64,000 nucleotides of DNA. It comes from Candidatus Woesearchaeota archaeon. GTDB taxonomy: Archaea; Nanobdellota; Nanobdellia; Woesearchaeales; WAPJ01. Below, one piece after another: positions 36,787 to 46,120 of the stretch. The stretch's first letter is position 1, and each line of letters begins with the position of its first letter. The stretch is taken from contig JBLKOL010000002.1 in assembly GCA_047602765.1 (NCBI GenBank), positions 10,597-74,596 of the forward strand, written 5' to 3'. Position numbers and translations under genes: made by a program. A model generated the notes under the pieces. That model worked only from the letters and a program-made list of their open reading frames with translations, had not been told where the DNA came from and did not search any database.

Positions 36787-38016
36787 ATGGGCAAAATCAG
36801 TCCAGTATCAGCAAAATACATTATCCACGCACACATCGCCATCGAAGGCGTCGTCGACCGTCCTGATGTCATCGGAGCCGTATTCGGCCAGACCGAGGGA
36901 CTTATCGGTTCTGAACTCGAATTGCGCGAACTCCAACGATCAGGTCGTATCGGTCGCATCGAGGTCATCCTCGATACGAAGAACGGCAAGACGCAAGGGT
37001 CGATCACGATTCCCTCGAGCCTCGACAAGGCTGAGACGTCGATCATCGGAGCGTCGCTCGAGATCATCGAACGTATCGGCCCGTGCAACGCGTCGGTCCA
37101 GGTCAAGAAGATCGAGGACGTGCGCATCAGCAAGCGCGGAGCCGTCATCAACCGTGCCAAGGAACTCTTGCGCGACATGATGGAGAAGACGATGCCCGAC
37201 AGCCAGGAGATCGCTGACGAAGTCACCTCGGCGGTGCGCGTTATGGAGATCACCTCGTACGGCAAGGAGCGCATCCCGGCAGGTCCTGCGATCGACGAGT
37301 CCGATGAGATCATCATCGTCGAAGGACGCGCTGACGTGCTCAACCTGCTCAAGTACGGGTTCAAGAACGCGATCGCGATGAACGGTACCTCGGTGCCTCA
37401 GACGGTCAAGGACCTTGCGGCGAAGAAGACGGCTACGGTGTTCCTCGACGGAGACCGCGGAGGAGACCTCATCCTCAAAGAGCTCCTCGCAACGACCGAA
37501 CTCGACTTCGTATCACGCGCACCCGACGGAAAGGAGGTTGAGGAGCTCACCAAAAAGGAGATCCACAAGGCCCTGCGCGGTAAGATCGCCGTCGAACAGG
37601 CCAAGCTCGAGTCGGAGACGCCTCGGCCTTCGAACACCCAGAAGCGCTCGCGCAAGGAACGCCCTGAGCGCAAGCGCGAGGAACGCGAAGAGGCTCCTGC
37701 AGTTGAGGAGCTCTCTGCGGAGAACCGTGAACGTCTGCGCATCCTCGTCGAGGATCTGATCGGTACGAAGGCCGTGTTCTTCGTCAACGACAAGCTCGAC
37801 GTCCTCGGTAAGGTTCCGCTCTCAGAACTCGAATCGACACTTGCGGATCTTCCCGGAACCTACGCGATCGTCGTCGACAACACGATCGATAAGGATCTGT
37901 GCAAGACGGCTAAGAAGGCGAACGTGCGTATCGTTGCAGGAGCGGACAAGAAGACGACGAACAAGGATGAGGAAGGACTGCTCGTCTTCAGCGCCGCTGA
38001 GCTTACGGAGGCATGA
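36787..38016 (+). CDS. dnaG: Archaeal DnaG (Toprim, exosome-associated)
   Basis: GVVDRPDVIGAVFGQTEGL, ELRELQRSGRIGRI, IIVEGRADVLNL, FLDGDRGG. Confidence 0.97.
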   Translation: MGKISPVSAKYIIHAHIAIEGVVDRPDVIGAVFGQTEGLIGSELELRELQRSGRIGRIEVILDTKNGKTQGSITIPSSLDKAETSIIGASLEIIERIGPCNASVQVKKIEDVRISKRGAVINRAKELLRDMMEKTMPDSQEIADEVTSAVRVMEITSYGKERIPAGPAIDESDEIIIVEGRADVLNLLKYGFKNAIAMNGTSVPQTVKDLAAKKTATVFLDGDRGGDLILKELLATTELDFVSRAPDGKEVEELTKKEIHKALRGKIAVEQAKLESETPRPSNTQKRSRKERPERKREEREEAPAVEELSAENRERLRILVEDLIGTKAVFFVNDKLDVLGKVPLSELESTLADLPGTYAIVVDNTIDKDLCKTAKKANVRIVAGADKKTTNKDEEGLLVFSAAELTEA

Positions 38017-38672
38017 TGAGACGGATCGCCTGGGGCAAGGTATTCTTCATGCTCGCCGTTGTGTGTATCGTTGCGGCGTTCGCGCTCGTGCGCCTAGGCA
38101 ATCCCGAGTTCCTCTCAGGGTTGGTGGCCGGCGAACGCGATGCGGACGTCTACGGATACGTCGGCTCGAAGCCGGTCTTCATCGACGATGTCGAACGCTC
38201 GTACGAGCAGCGCAGTACGATACAACAGGATCTTTCGATCGGCGAGTTCTTCAACGAGACGTACGCTCCGCGCACGATGCTCCTGCTCGAAGCCGAAGCG
38301 ATCGGCGTCACCGTTACCGAAGAAGAGGTCGATGCGTGGATCACAGTCATCAACTCGTCACTCAAGAGCCGTAACTCAACGTTCGAATCATACCTTGAGG
38401 ACCTCGATGTAACGATGGACCAGCTTCGCAGGGATATCTACGAGTCGACGCTTCTCGATAAGGTGCTCGAAAAGCTCGTAGCTCGAGAAGTGGTGGTCAC
38501 CGCCGAAGAGGTTCGGGAAGCCTACGACGCTGCTGGATACGAAGCGCTCGGGATCTCGCTCGAAGAGGCTCGTAACGAGATCGGTCCGATGATCCTTCGT
38601 GAGAAGCAGGATGCGCACCTGCGCGGGATCGTCGAGGAGTTGCGTGAGCGCTATGACGTCACCTTCGTCTGA
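38013..38672 (+). CDS. SurA N-terminal domain (PrsA-like foldase) protein
   Basis: N-terminal TM; LLLEAEAIGVTVTEEEVD...FESYL...VVVTAEEVREAY. Confidence 0.8.
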   Translation: MMRRIAWGKVFFMLAVVCIVAAFALVRLGNPEFLSGLVAGERDADVYGYVGSKPVFIDDVERSYEQRSTIQQDLSIGEFFNETYAPRTMLLLEAEAIGVTVTEEEVDAWITVINSSLKSRNSTFESYLEDLDVTMDQLRRDIYESTLLDKVLEKLVAREVVVTAEEVREAYDAAGYEALGISLEEARNEIGPMILREKQDAHLRGIVEELRERYDVTFV

Positions 38673-39078
38673 AGGGTACGCTCTTACCGAGCACCCTGCT
38701 GATATCGGTATCGAGGCTGCGAGCGCGACGCGTGAGGGCATCCTTGAGCATTCGTGCTTGGGATTGATGGCGGTGATGACCGATCCTTCACGCGTACGTG
38801 ACACGTATGAGCGCTCGTTCACCGTAGGCGATGCGGATCCTGCCATCGTCTTGCGTCGTGTTCTGAGCGAGGTGCTCTTCCTCGCGAGCAGTGAGGGACT
38901 CTTCTTCTCATCGTTCGCCATAACCTGGGGAGAGGATGTGCGTGTTGTGTGTCGTGGTGAGCCGATCGACCCGTCGCGTCATGAGCTCCGCGTTGAAGTG
39001 AAGGCTATTACGGATTCGGGCCTTCGTTTCGAGCGTTGCGGCGATTCGTGGGTTTCGTTCGTGCTCGTAGACGTCTGA
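38653..39078 (+). CDS. Archease
   Basis: EHPADIGIEA, GEPIDPSRH...EVKAIT, C-terminal VLVDV. Confidence 0.92.
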   Translation: MTSPSSEGYALTEHPADIGIEAASATREGILEHSCLGLMAVMTDPSRVRDTYERSFTVGDADPAIVLRRVLSEVLFLASSEGLFFSSFAITWGEDVRVVCRGEPIDPSRHELRVEVKAITDSGLRFERCGDSWVSFVLVDV

Positions 39079-39337
39079 GCGCTCCGCATGGGCAGTGCAG
39101 ATAGATGCTCGCTCCTCGTATGCGCCGCTTCGCGCTCGTAGGATACACGTTCATACACGCAGGACAGTAGAGGATCCGTTCGGATGCGAGTACGGGGACG
39201 CGGTGGCGCAGACTGTAGGCTCGTACGTGTTCGAGGATACGAGCAGCGTCTTCAGGATGCTGTTCGAGCTGTCTGAAGAGGATTGCGATCGCTCGTCGTG
39301 CGCGTTTCGACTTCCGATCCGACCTCACCAGTCTCAT
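39008..39337 (-). CDS. rnp4: RNase P protein Rpp21/Rpr2-like
   Basis: Basic helical N-terminus (ARRAIAILF), YCPAC...RIR...LHCPCG..RR zinc ribbon. Confidence 0.7.
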   Translation of the reverse strand: MRLVRSDRKSKRARRAIAILFRQLEQHPEDAARILEHVRAYSLRHRVPVLASERILYCPACMNVYPTSAKRRIRGASIYLHCPCGALRRLRARTKPTNRRNARNEGPNP

Positions 39338-39362
39338 GGATGCGAGGATGCACGCGCCTGTT

Positions 39363-39755
39363 TTAACCGTTCCTCAGGTGTCCGAGGAGGTCTTTGACCG
39401 CGTCTTTGAGCTGGTGTATCGTCTGGTTCTGTTGTTCTATCCGCTCGTTCTGGGCTGCGATCCGTGCTTCGAGCGTCTCGAACCGTTTGGCGATGTCCGC
39501 GTGCGATTGTTGTATGGTTCGTGAGAGGTAGTTCACGCTGGGCCTGATGTCGGCGTGCACAGGGGGTTCTGCTGGTCCGCTCATCTTCGAGACGGCTTCG
39601 TAGATCGAACGCAGTTTTCCATCCAGGTTCGGAACGGTTCCGAGCGCTCCGGATGCCATCTGACGTGCGATGAGATCGAGCCGGGTCTTTATGAACTCGA
39701 TATCCGCTTCGAGCTTCTTGCTCGGATCGGAATCAGCGACTCCCAAAACACCCAT
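39363..39755 (-). CDS. Hypothetical coiled-coil protein
   Basis: ORF with TTTAAA upstream and a heptad-like C-terminus. Confidence 0.7.
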   Translation of the reverse strand: MGVLGVADSDPSKKLEADIEFIKTRLDLIARQMASGALGTVPNLDGKLRSIYEAVSKMSGPAEPPVHADIRPSVNYLSRTIQQSHADIAKRFETLEARIAAQNERIEQQNQTIHQLKDAVKDLLGHLRNG

Positions 39756-39859
39756 AGGTCGCTTCACGCACCCCCCGTTTTTAAACAATACGCACCTGTG
39801 CGTCTGTTGAGGACCAGTAGCTTTAAAGAAGGCCGCTCGTCCCGTGACTCCGACAGATA

Positions 39860-41095
39860 ATGGTTACATTCGCAGAACTCGGACTCGATGAAGGATTGCT
39901 CCGCGCGATCGACGCGATGGGCTTTACGACACCGACACTCATCCAGGAGCGTTCGATCCCACACGTGCTCGAAGGCAAGGACGTGCTCGCAGGATCGGCG
40001 ACCGGATCGGGTAAGACGCTCGCCTTCGCAGCCGGCATGATCAACACGGTCACCGCCGGTTCAGGGGTGCAGGCGCTCGTACTGACACCTACGCGTGAAC
40101 TCGCCGATCAAGTAGCTGAGCAGATCCGTGCGTTCAGCCGGTTCAAACCCGTTACGGTCGCGACCGTGTATGGGGGTGTGGCGATCGAGCCTCAGATGGC
40201 TCAACTCCGGCTCGCCGATATCGTCGTTGCGACGCCTGGGCGCGTCCTCGACCACATGGAGCGTTCGACGATTGACCTCTCCAAGGTACGCTACCTCGTC
40301 CTCGACGAGGCTGATCGGATGCTCGACATGGGTTTCATCGATGATGTCAAGCGGATCATGAGCCGGTGCCCGAAGGAGCGTCAGACGCTGCTCTTCTCGG
40401 CTACGTTGCATCCTGAGATCGTCTACATCTCGCAGACGTTCATGGCGGATCCGGTCGAGGTTTCGGTCGACAGCTACGTCGATCCGAGCAAGCTGCACCA
40501 GGTCTACTATGACGTATCGGATAAGGGGAAGTTCTCCTTGCTCGTACACTTGCTCCGCGAAGAATCAGGGTTGGTCATGGTCTTTTGCAATTCGCGCGTA
40601 CAGGTCGACTTCGTCGCGAACAACCTGAAGGCGAACGGTATCGACGCGCTCGCCATCCATGGAGGCTTCACGCAGGATAAGCGTTCGAAGACGATGGATT
40701 CGTTCTCAGAGCCGGGTAAGGTGGCGACGCTCGTCTGTACGGATGTCGCTGCGCGAGGCCTTGACATCGCGGGTATCTCGCACGTGTACAATTATGATGC
40801 GCCGAAAGAGCCACGCCAGTATGTGCATCGCATCGGTCGTACGGCGCGGGCCGGTTCTGAGGGTATCGCGGTGAACCTGATCGCTCCGCGCGATCACGAT
40901 AATTTCGACCGTGTACTCCAGCATAACGCTGTTGAGGTCGAACGTGTCGAGACGCCCAAGCATCCGCGTGCGAAGATCACGTGGTTCCCTGAGCGCGACG
41001 AGCGCAACGGTCCCAGAGCTCCTCGTGGCGGAAACCCGCGGGGTCCGCCTCGACGTACACCGGGCAGACGCCCGAGAAGGAGGAAACAATCATGA
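39860..41095 (+). CDS. DEAD-box RNA helicase
   Basis: ATGSGKT, PTRELA, TPGR, DEAD, SAT, ARGLD, HRIGRTAR. Confidence 0.97.
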   Translation: MVTFAELGLDEGLLRAIDAMGFTTPTLIQERSIPHVLEGKDVLAGSATGSGKTLAFAAGMINTVTAGSGVQALVLTPTRELADQVAEQIRAFSRFKPVTVATVYGGVAIEPQMAQLRLADIVVATPGRVLDHMERSTIDLSKVRYLVLDEADRMLDMGFIDDVKRIMSRCPKERQTLLFSATLHPEIVYISQTFMADPVEVSVDSYVDPSKLHQVYYDVSDKGKFSLLVHLLREESGLVMVFCNSRVQVDFVANNLKANGIDALAIHGGFTQDKRSKTMDSFSEPGKVATLVCTDVAARGLDIAGISHVYNYDAPKEPRQYVHRIGRTARAGSEGIAVNLIAPRDHDNFDRVLQHNAVEVERVETPKHPRAKITWFPERDERNGPRAPRGGNPRGPPRRTPGRRPRRRKQS

Positions 41096-41559
41096 AAGCT
41101 AAGAACGGACAGACAGTAACGATCGAGTACCGTGGTACGCTCGACTCCGGTGAGGAGTTCGATGCGTCGAAGAACCATGGCAGGCCACTTGTGTTCACGC
41201 TCGGAGAAGGACAGGTGATTCCCGGATTCGAGAAGGCTGTTGAGGGTATGGAGGTCGGCGAGAAGAAGTCGTTCCGCCTCGAGTCTTCAGAAGCGTACGG
41301 TGATCGTCGTGATGATCTGATCATCGACTTCCCCAAGTCCCAGGTCGAAGAGTCCGATGTGTCGCTCGAAGTAGGAGCGCAGATCGGGTTGCAGACGCCT
41401 CAGGGTCCGATCCCGGCTACGATCGCTGACATCGGAGAAGAGTCTGTGAAGATCGATGCGAACCATCCGCTCGCCGGTCAGCCGCTCAACTTCGAGATCG
41501 AGCTCGTCTCCGCCGAGGACCAGGCTCCTCAGGACGCTGAGTCAGCGAAGTCCGAGTAG
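41092..41559 (+). CDS. FKBP-type peptidyl-prolyl isomerase (SlyD/FkpB-like)
   Basis: LGEGQVIPGFE, EAYG, DANHPLAG. Confidence 0.95.
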   Translation: MKAKNGQTVTIEYRGTLDSGEEFDASKNHGRPLVFTLGEGQVIPGFEKAVEGMEVGEKKSFRLESSEAYGDRRDDLIIDFPKSQVEESDVSLEVGAQIGLQTPQGPIPATIADIGEESVKIDANHPLAGQPLNFEIELVSAEDQAPQDAESAKSE

Positions 41560-41594
41560 AAAACGCGTTAAACCATTTCGCCATACACGATCCT

Positions 41595-43022
41595 ATGGAT
41601 ATCAAGCCTTCAGATGCGGGCGTTTTCGAGTTCCGAACCGATGCTATGAGGGTTCCCGCCCGTCTCTTCACTTCGGAAGCCTTGCTCGATGCGCTCCGTG
41701 CGGGTGAGACGGGTGAGTGGAGTTCGCTCGCTCAACTACGCGATGTCGCCTCGCTGCCCGGAGTGGTAAGTCATGTATGTGGTCTTGCCGATCTGCACCC
41801 CGGGTATGGGTTTCCCGTCGGAGGTGTTGCCGCTTTCGATGCGCATGACGGTCTCGTCATGGTCGGAGGCGTCGGGTTCGATATCAACTGTGGCGTGCGG
41901 GTGTTGCGCACCGACCTTTCGGTCTCTGATGTGCGTGAACGCCACGAGGAGCTTGCAGATGCGCTCTTCGAAGCGGTGCCTGCAGGTCTTGGTGTTCCTG
42001 GAGAGTTGCGCGTCGAGGTGTCTGAGATGGACGAGCTTCTTCGTGGCGGTGCGCGTTTCGTCGTTGAACGCGGCTATGGGTCTGAGGATGACCTCTCCTT
42101 CATCGAGGATGGCGGCATGCTCGATGCTGATCCGAACGCTGTCTCGTTGCGGGCTAAGCAGCGTAACATCAAGCAGGTGGGTACGCTCGGTTCGGGCAAC
42201 CACTATCTTGAGGTCCAGTATGTCGATGAGATCTTCGATGATGCAGCGCGCATCTTCGGACTTGAGGAGGGGTCGGTGGTCATCATGCTCCATTGCGGTT
42301 CGCGCGGCCTCGGACACCAGGTCGGTCAGGAGTATCTTGATGAGATGAGCGATGCGATGCCGGACTTCAACCTTCAGGTACTCTCGTCCGAACTCGTCGG
42401 CGCTCCCATCTCTTCCGAACTCGGCATGCGCTATCTCAATGCGGTTCGTGCGGCTTCGAACGCTGCTTTCGCGAACCGTCAGATGATCGCTCATCTCACG
42501 CGTCAGGCCGTGGCATCCGTCTTCGAGGGGGCTTCGGTTGAGACGCTCTACGAGGTCGGTCATAATACGGCGAAGCTCGAGTCGCACGTCGTCGGGGGCG
42601 TCGAACGCGAGCTCATCGTCCATCGCAAGGGTTCTACGCGTGCCTTCGGGCCGGGTCACGTCTCGCTTCCCGAACGTTACCGTTCGGTGGGTCAGCCGAT
42701 CCCGGTCGGGGGTACGATGGGTACGGCTTCGTACCTGCTTCGCGCTACGCCTCGTGCGATGGAACTCGCGTTCGGGTCGGCGATCCACGGGGCTGGTCGT
42801 TCGAAGTCTCGTGTCGAGTCGAAACGGACGTACGATGCTGATCGTATCGTCGCTGAGTTGCGTGAGCGTGGTATCATCGTGAAGGGTCGTTCGCTGAAGG
42901 GTATCAGTGAGGAGGCTCCAGGCAGCTACAAGGATATCGAACAGGTGGTTGCGGCTACGACGCTCTCGGGCATCGCTGCTCGGGTCGTAAGGCTCAAGCC
43001 GCTCATCTCGATCAAAGGATAA
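41595..43022 (+). CDS. rtcB: RNA-splicing ligase RtcB
   Basis: DINCGVR, GTLGSGNHYLE, HCGSRGLGH, HNTAK, HRKG, HGAGR, EEAP..YK, C-terminal IKG. Confidence 0.97.
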   Translation: MDIKPSDAGVFEFRTDAMRVPARLFTSEALLDALRAGETGEWSSLAQLRDVASLPGVVSHVCGLADLHPGYGFPVGGVAAFDAHDGLVMVGGVGFDINCGVRVLRTDLSVSDVRERHEELADALFEAVPAGLGVPGELRVEVSEMDELLRGGARFVVERGYGSEDDLSFIEDGGMLDADPNAVSLRAKQRNIKQVGTLGSGNHYLEVQYVDEIFDDAARIFGLEEGSVVIMLHCGSRGLGHQVGQEYLDEMSDAMPDFNLQVLSSELVGAPISSELGMRYLNAVRAASNAAFANRQMIAHLTRQAVASVFEGASVETLYEVGHNTAKLESHVVGGVERELIVHRKGSTRAFGPGHVSLPERYRSVGQPIPVGGTMGTASYLLRATPRAMELAFGSAIHGAGRSKSRVESKRTYDADRIVAELRERGIIVKGRSLKGISEEAPGSYKDIEQVVAATTLSGIAARVVRLKPLISIKG

Positions 43023-43054
43023 GCCTGCGTATCGTACGCCCACGAACGCGTGGT

Positions 43055-43618
43055 TCACGTGCTCCGGATCTTGTTGAGTTCGTTCTCGAACTGCCGAGCT
43101 ACGTTGACGCTCGCCTCTTCGGCGGTGTTCACCCATCCTTCGAGTTTGTCGTTCTCGAGTGCTTCTCGTGCTGCTCGTATGATCGGCTCGACGGATCCGG
43201 GCGTGATGGTTTCGAGGGGTAATGCGTCGATGCGTGCTCGTTGTTCGACGAGTGCCGCGCGTGCATCCGAGTCGAATCCTTCGATACGTGCACGGGCGCG
43301 TGCGATCTCCGAGTACGCGGTGTATGCGTGTACGTCGATCATCGTGTCTACATCAGGTCTTTGGCTGTGCCTGCTTCCGAGCAGTTGTCGTTTGGCGCGT
43401 ACGACGTCGAAGGCTACTTTCTCTTCGCTCGATGAGAGGCGCGTGTAGGCTTCTGAGACTCGTGATTCGTGTTCGAGTGCGAGCGCGTTGATCTCGTGGC
43501 GTGCGTCAGTGAGCGTGTTGTGTTGTGCGAACGGTTCGAGCCTGTCGGAGGTGACGTAGTCCGGTTGGCATGCGGTAAGTACGAAGAGTGCGAGTACGAG
43601 TACGACGATGGAGCGCAT
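43055..43618 (-). CDS. Putative lipoprotein
   Basis: MRSIVVLVLALFVLTAC lipobox-like signal. Confidence 0.75.
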   Translation of the reverse strand: MRSIVVLVLALFVLTACQPDYVTSDRLEPFAQHNTLTDARHEINALALEHESRVSEAYTRLSSSEEKVAFDVVRAKRQLLGSRHSQRPDVDTMIDVHAYTAYSEIARARARIEGFDSDARAALVEQRARIDALPLETITPGSVEPIIRAAREALENDKLEGWVNTAEEASVNVARQFENELNKIRST

Positions 43619-43685
43619 GAGGAATCCTACCCGAGGGTGTTTTTAAGCATTTACATCAGGAAAGGACCGTATACGGATTCCAAGG

Positions 43686-44303
43686 TTAGAGATCGATAAT
43701 CGTCGGTGAGCGTGCGACGTTGATCACTCGTGTCTCTGCGATCCTCTCGACGAGTCCTGCTCCTTCGTGTACATGTCCGCAGATGTGAACGGCTGGTGCG
43801 ACGTCTCTTATGAGCTCTTCGATCGTCGGTGATCCGCGTACGAAGGGCGAGAGGTGTTCCATGAGCGTTCCGGTCGGGTGCGTGTGCGTCATGCTCACGA
43901 TCCGTTCGGCGCGTGCGTAGTGTGCTGCTCTGAGGAAGGATTCGCGCATCTGCTGCGAGCTTTGCCGTGAGCGTCCGATGGTGAGTCCCCGGGTGCCTGC
44001 GAATCCGATTCCTTCGATGACGACTCCGTATCCGTCGAGGTGTATGGCTCCGTAGCGTTCTGCGAGCGCGCGTATGCGTTCGTATTCGTCGTGGTTTCCT
44101 CCTACGATGAGAAGCGGTACTCCAAGGGTTGCGAAGGGTTCTATGATGCCGGTGAACTCGGCTCCGAACGCGCTCACATCTCCTGCGATCATGACGATCT
44201 CGGCTTTGTGCCGCGCTGCCTCTCGCGCTGCGGTTTTCGCGAGCCGCTGATCTGCGTGTAGGTCTGATATGGCGAAGATGCGCATCGGTGTGCGGCGTGG
44301 CAC
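43686..44303 (-). CDS. Metallophosphoesterase (Icc-like)
   Basis: ISDLH, AGD, GGNHD, THTHP, CGHVHE. Confidence 0.92.
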   Translation of the reverse strand: MPRRTPMRIFAISDLHADQRLAKTAAREAARHKAEIVMIAGDVSAFGAEFTGIIEPFATLGVPLLIVGGNHDEYERIRALAERYGAIHLDGYGVVIEGIGFAGTRGLTIGRSRQSSQQMRESFLRAAHYARAERIVSMTHTHPTGTLMEHLSPFVRGSPTIEELIRDVAPAVHICGHVHEGAGLVERIAETRVINVARSPTIIDL

Positions 44304-44352
44304 GTGGTTTTTGAAGGTAACGCTTATAGAGTGGATGTGGACGTCTGGCGGT

Positions 44353-44922
44353 ATGGAACGTCTCTCGATGACTCAGGCTCTAGACGAGTACGAGCGGATC
44401 GCTGCAGTGCTCGAGTCGGGCGGTCTGATCATCGTACCTACGGATACGATCTACGGCTTGTGTTGTCATGCGTATTCGGAGCCTGGGTTGGCTGCTATCC
44501 GCTCGCTCAAGGAACGCTGGGGTAAGCCGATGAGCATCATCGCTCCTTCCAAAGAGTGGATCGAGGAGCATTTCGTGCTCGGTACGAATAGGGTGTGGCT
44601 CGATGAGCTTCCCGGTCGCTATACGCTCGTGCTCACACCTCGAGAGCCGTTCTCCGAGCAGCTCTCCGTTTCAGGTACGGTCGGTGTGCGTATCCCCGAT
44701 CATCCGATCGCTCGTCTCGTCGAACGCCTCGGATTCCCGATCGCGGCGAGCTCGGTGAACCGGGCTGGGTTCGAGCCGCTCGTATCGATCGATCAACTCG
44801 GCGATTCTGCGTACGAACGCTTCGGTCAGGTCGCGTTCGCGATCGATGACGGGGTCAAGGAGGGTCCTCCTTCGAGCGTCGTCGATGTGACGGGTGAGCG
44901 TCCGGTGTATGTGAGGATGTGA
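44353..44922 (+). CDS. tsaC: L-threonylcarbamoyladenylate synthase (YrdC/Sua5 family, short form)
   Basis: PTDTIYGL, LKER..KPMS, PGRYT, VGVRIPDHP, SSVN, PSSVVD. Confidence 0.9.
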   Translation: MERLSMTQALDEYERIAAVLESGGLIIVPTDTIYGLCCHAYSEPGLAAIRSLKERWGKPMSIIAPSKEWIEEHFVLGTNRVWLDELPGRYTLVLTPREPFSEQLSVSGTVGVRIPDHPIARLVERLGFPIAASSVNRAGFEPLVSIDQLGDSAYERFGQVAFAIDDGVKEGPPSSVVDVTGERPVYVRM

Positions 44923-44933
44923 TGGAGCCTCGT

Positions 44934-45710
44934 TCATTCGATCGTGTAGTCGTTGAGAAACGTTGATCCTCCTGAGTGTTCTACGATGGCTCGTACGCGT
45001 ACGTACTGTTCGAGTCCTGATCCTTTGAGTTTGCGTTTGAGCAGGTAGTCGACTTGGAACACTCCTGCGAGCGTGTTCATGATGATCTCGATCTCGATGG
45101 GTCGCTCTCCTTCTGAGATGCGGACCTTTTCGATGCTCATCGCCGATACGGAGTGGATGTCTTTGTTGCCTTGGTCGAAGCTGATGCGTGCACGTCCCTT
45201 CTCCATGTCGAGTGCGTCTGCGAGCCGCAGGATGCCTCCTTCGAGCGTGAGCGGTCTGATCTTGTCTTCCGAGTGCGATACCATCGCGCTCATGACCTCG
45301 GTCGTGAGGATCTGGCTCTCGCGAGGCGCGTAGTGGGGTGCGAGCAGCTCTTCGATGAATCCGCGTGCGAGGGTAGGTCCGAGTACGTCGTGGATGTCGC
45401 GGTGCACGGCGTTCCCTACGTCGTGGAAGAGCGCTGCGAGGACGACGACGACTTCTGCGTCGTGTGGGGTGAGTTCCCAATCTTTGATGATGCTCGCTTC
45501 GATGCCATGCTTGGCGAGGTTGCGTAAGAGTTTGAGTGCGATGTTCGCGACGATCGCGACGTGTACGGGTCCGTGATCGGACATGCCGAGGCGTTTGATC
45601 GCCATGACGTTGCACGCTTCGAAGAGCGCTTGGATGCGTTCGTCTTCGTTTACGCGTGCCTGGATTGATTCGAGCACAGGGTTGTTCTTTGAGGGTATGT
45701 TGAATGCCAT
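44934..45710 (-). CDS. HD-domain phosphohydrolase
   Basis: RLGMSDHGPVH, LFHDVGNAVHR, LADALDMEKGRAR. Confidence 0.9.
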   Translation of the reverse strand: MAFNIPSKNNPVLESIQARVNEDERIQALFEACNVMAIKRLGMSDHGPVHVAIVANIALKLLRNLAKHGIEASIIKDWELTPHDAEVVVVLAALFHDVGNAVHRDIHDVLGPTLARGFIEELLAPHYAPRESQILTTEVMSAMVSHSEDKIRPLTLEGGILRLADALDMEKGRARISFDQGNKDIHSVSAMSIEKVRISEGERPIEIEIIMNTLAGVFQVDYLLKRKLKGSGLEQYVRVRAIVEHSGGSTFLNDYTIE

Positions 45711-45819
45711 GATCTCTCCTTCTCTCTTTTTTTGTATCGTCGTTCGAGCACCGGCGAGGTGTTTTTAAGCGTGTGCGAAGATACGGATGTATCCAGACAT
45801 CCTACGGGGAAAAGGGGAA

Positions 45820-45837
45820 GGGCAGCCGAGGCTGCCC
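45820..45837 (-). terminator. GC-rich hairpin followed by a pyrimidine tract
   Basis: Minus strand GGGCAGC-CTCG-GCTGCCC, then TTCCCCTTTTCCCC. Confidence 0.6.
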
Positions 45838-45872
45838 CTCGCAGAGGTGGGCGGTTAGAACTCTGGTAAGCG

Positions 45873-46016
45873 TCAGGAGAGTACGGTGATCGTCGGTTCG
45901 TCGGCGAGGATGCTTCTCTTGAACCGGTTCTCGAGTCTGATCCTCGAATGGTAGTAGCTGCGCATCGTTGCGCGTTTGGTTGTTTCGAAGAGCAGGGTTT
46001 GGATGTGTGTTGTCAT
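45873..46016 (-). CDS. 47-aa small protein, not in the ORF track
   Basis: MTTHIQTLLFETTKRATMRSYYHSRIRLENRFKRSILADEPTITVLS*; GAGGTG SD and TTAAAT upstream; hairpin downstream. Confidence 0.65.
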   Translation of the reverse strand: MTTHIQTLLFETTKRATMRSYYHSRIRLENRFKRSILADEPTITVLS

Positions 46017-46120
46017 GGATACCACCTCACCTACCGTACGTTCGCACGGTATTTAACCAGCCTCCGCGGCTGTCCAGTGGCTCGTGATAAGCGGAGCGTT
46101 TTTGAAGCACAAGAGGCAGA

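Noticed and set aside
41595..43022. Intein in RtcB
   Set aside because: The length is normal (475 aa) and the motifs are contiguous.
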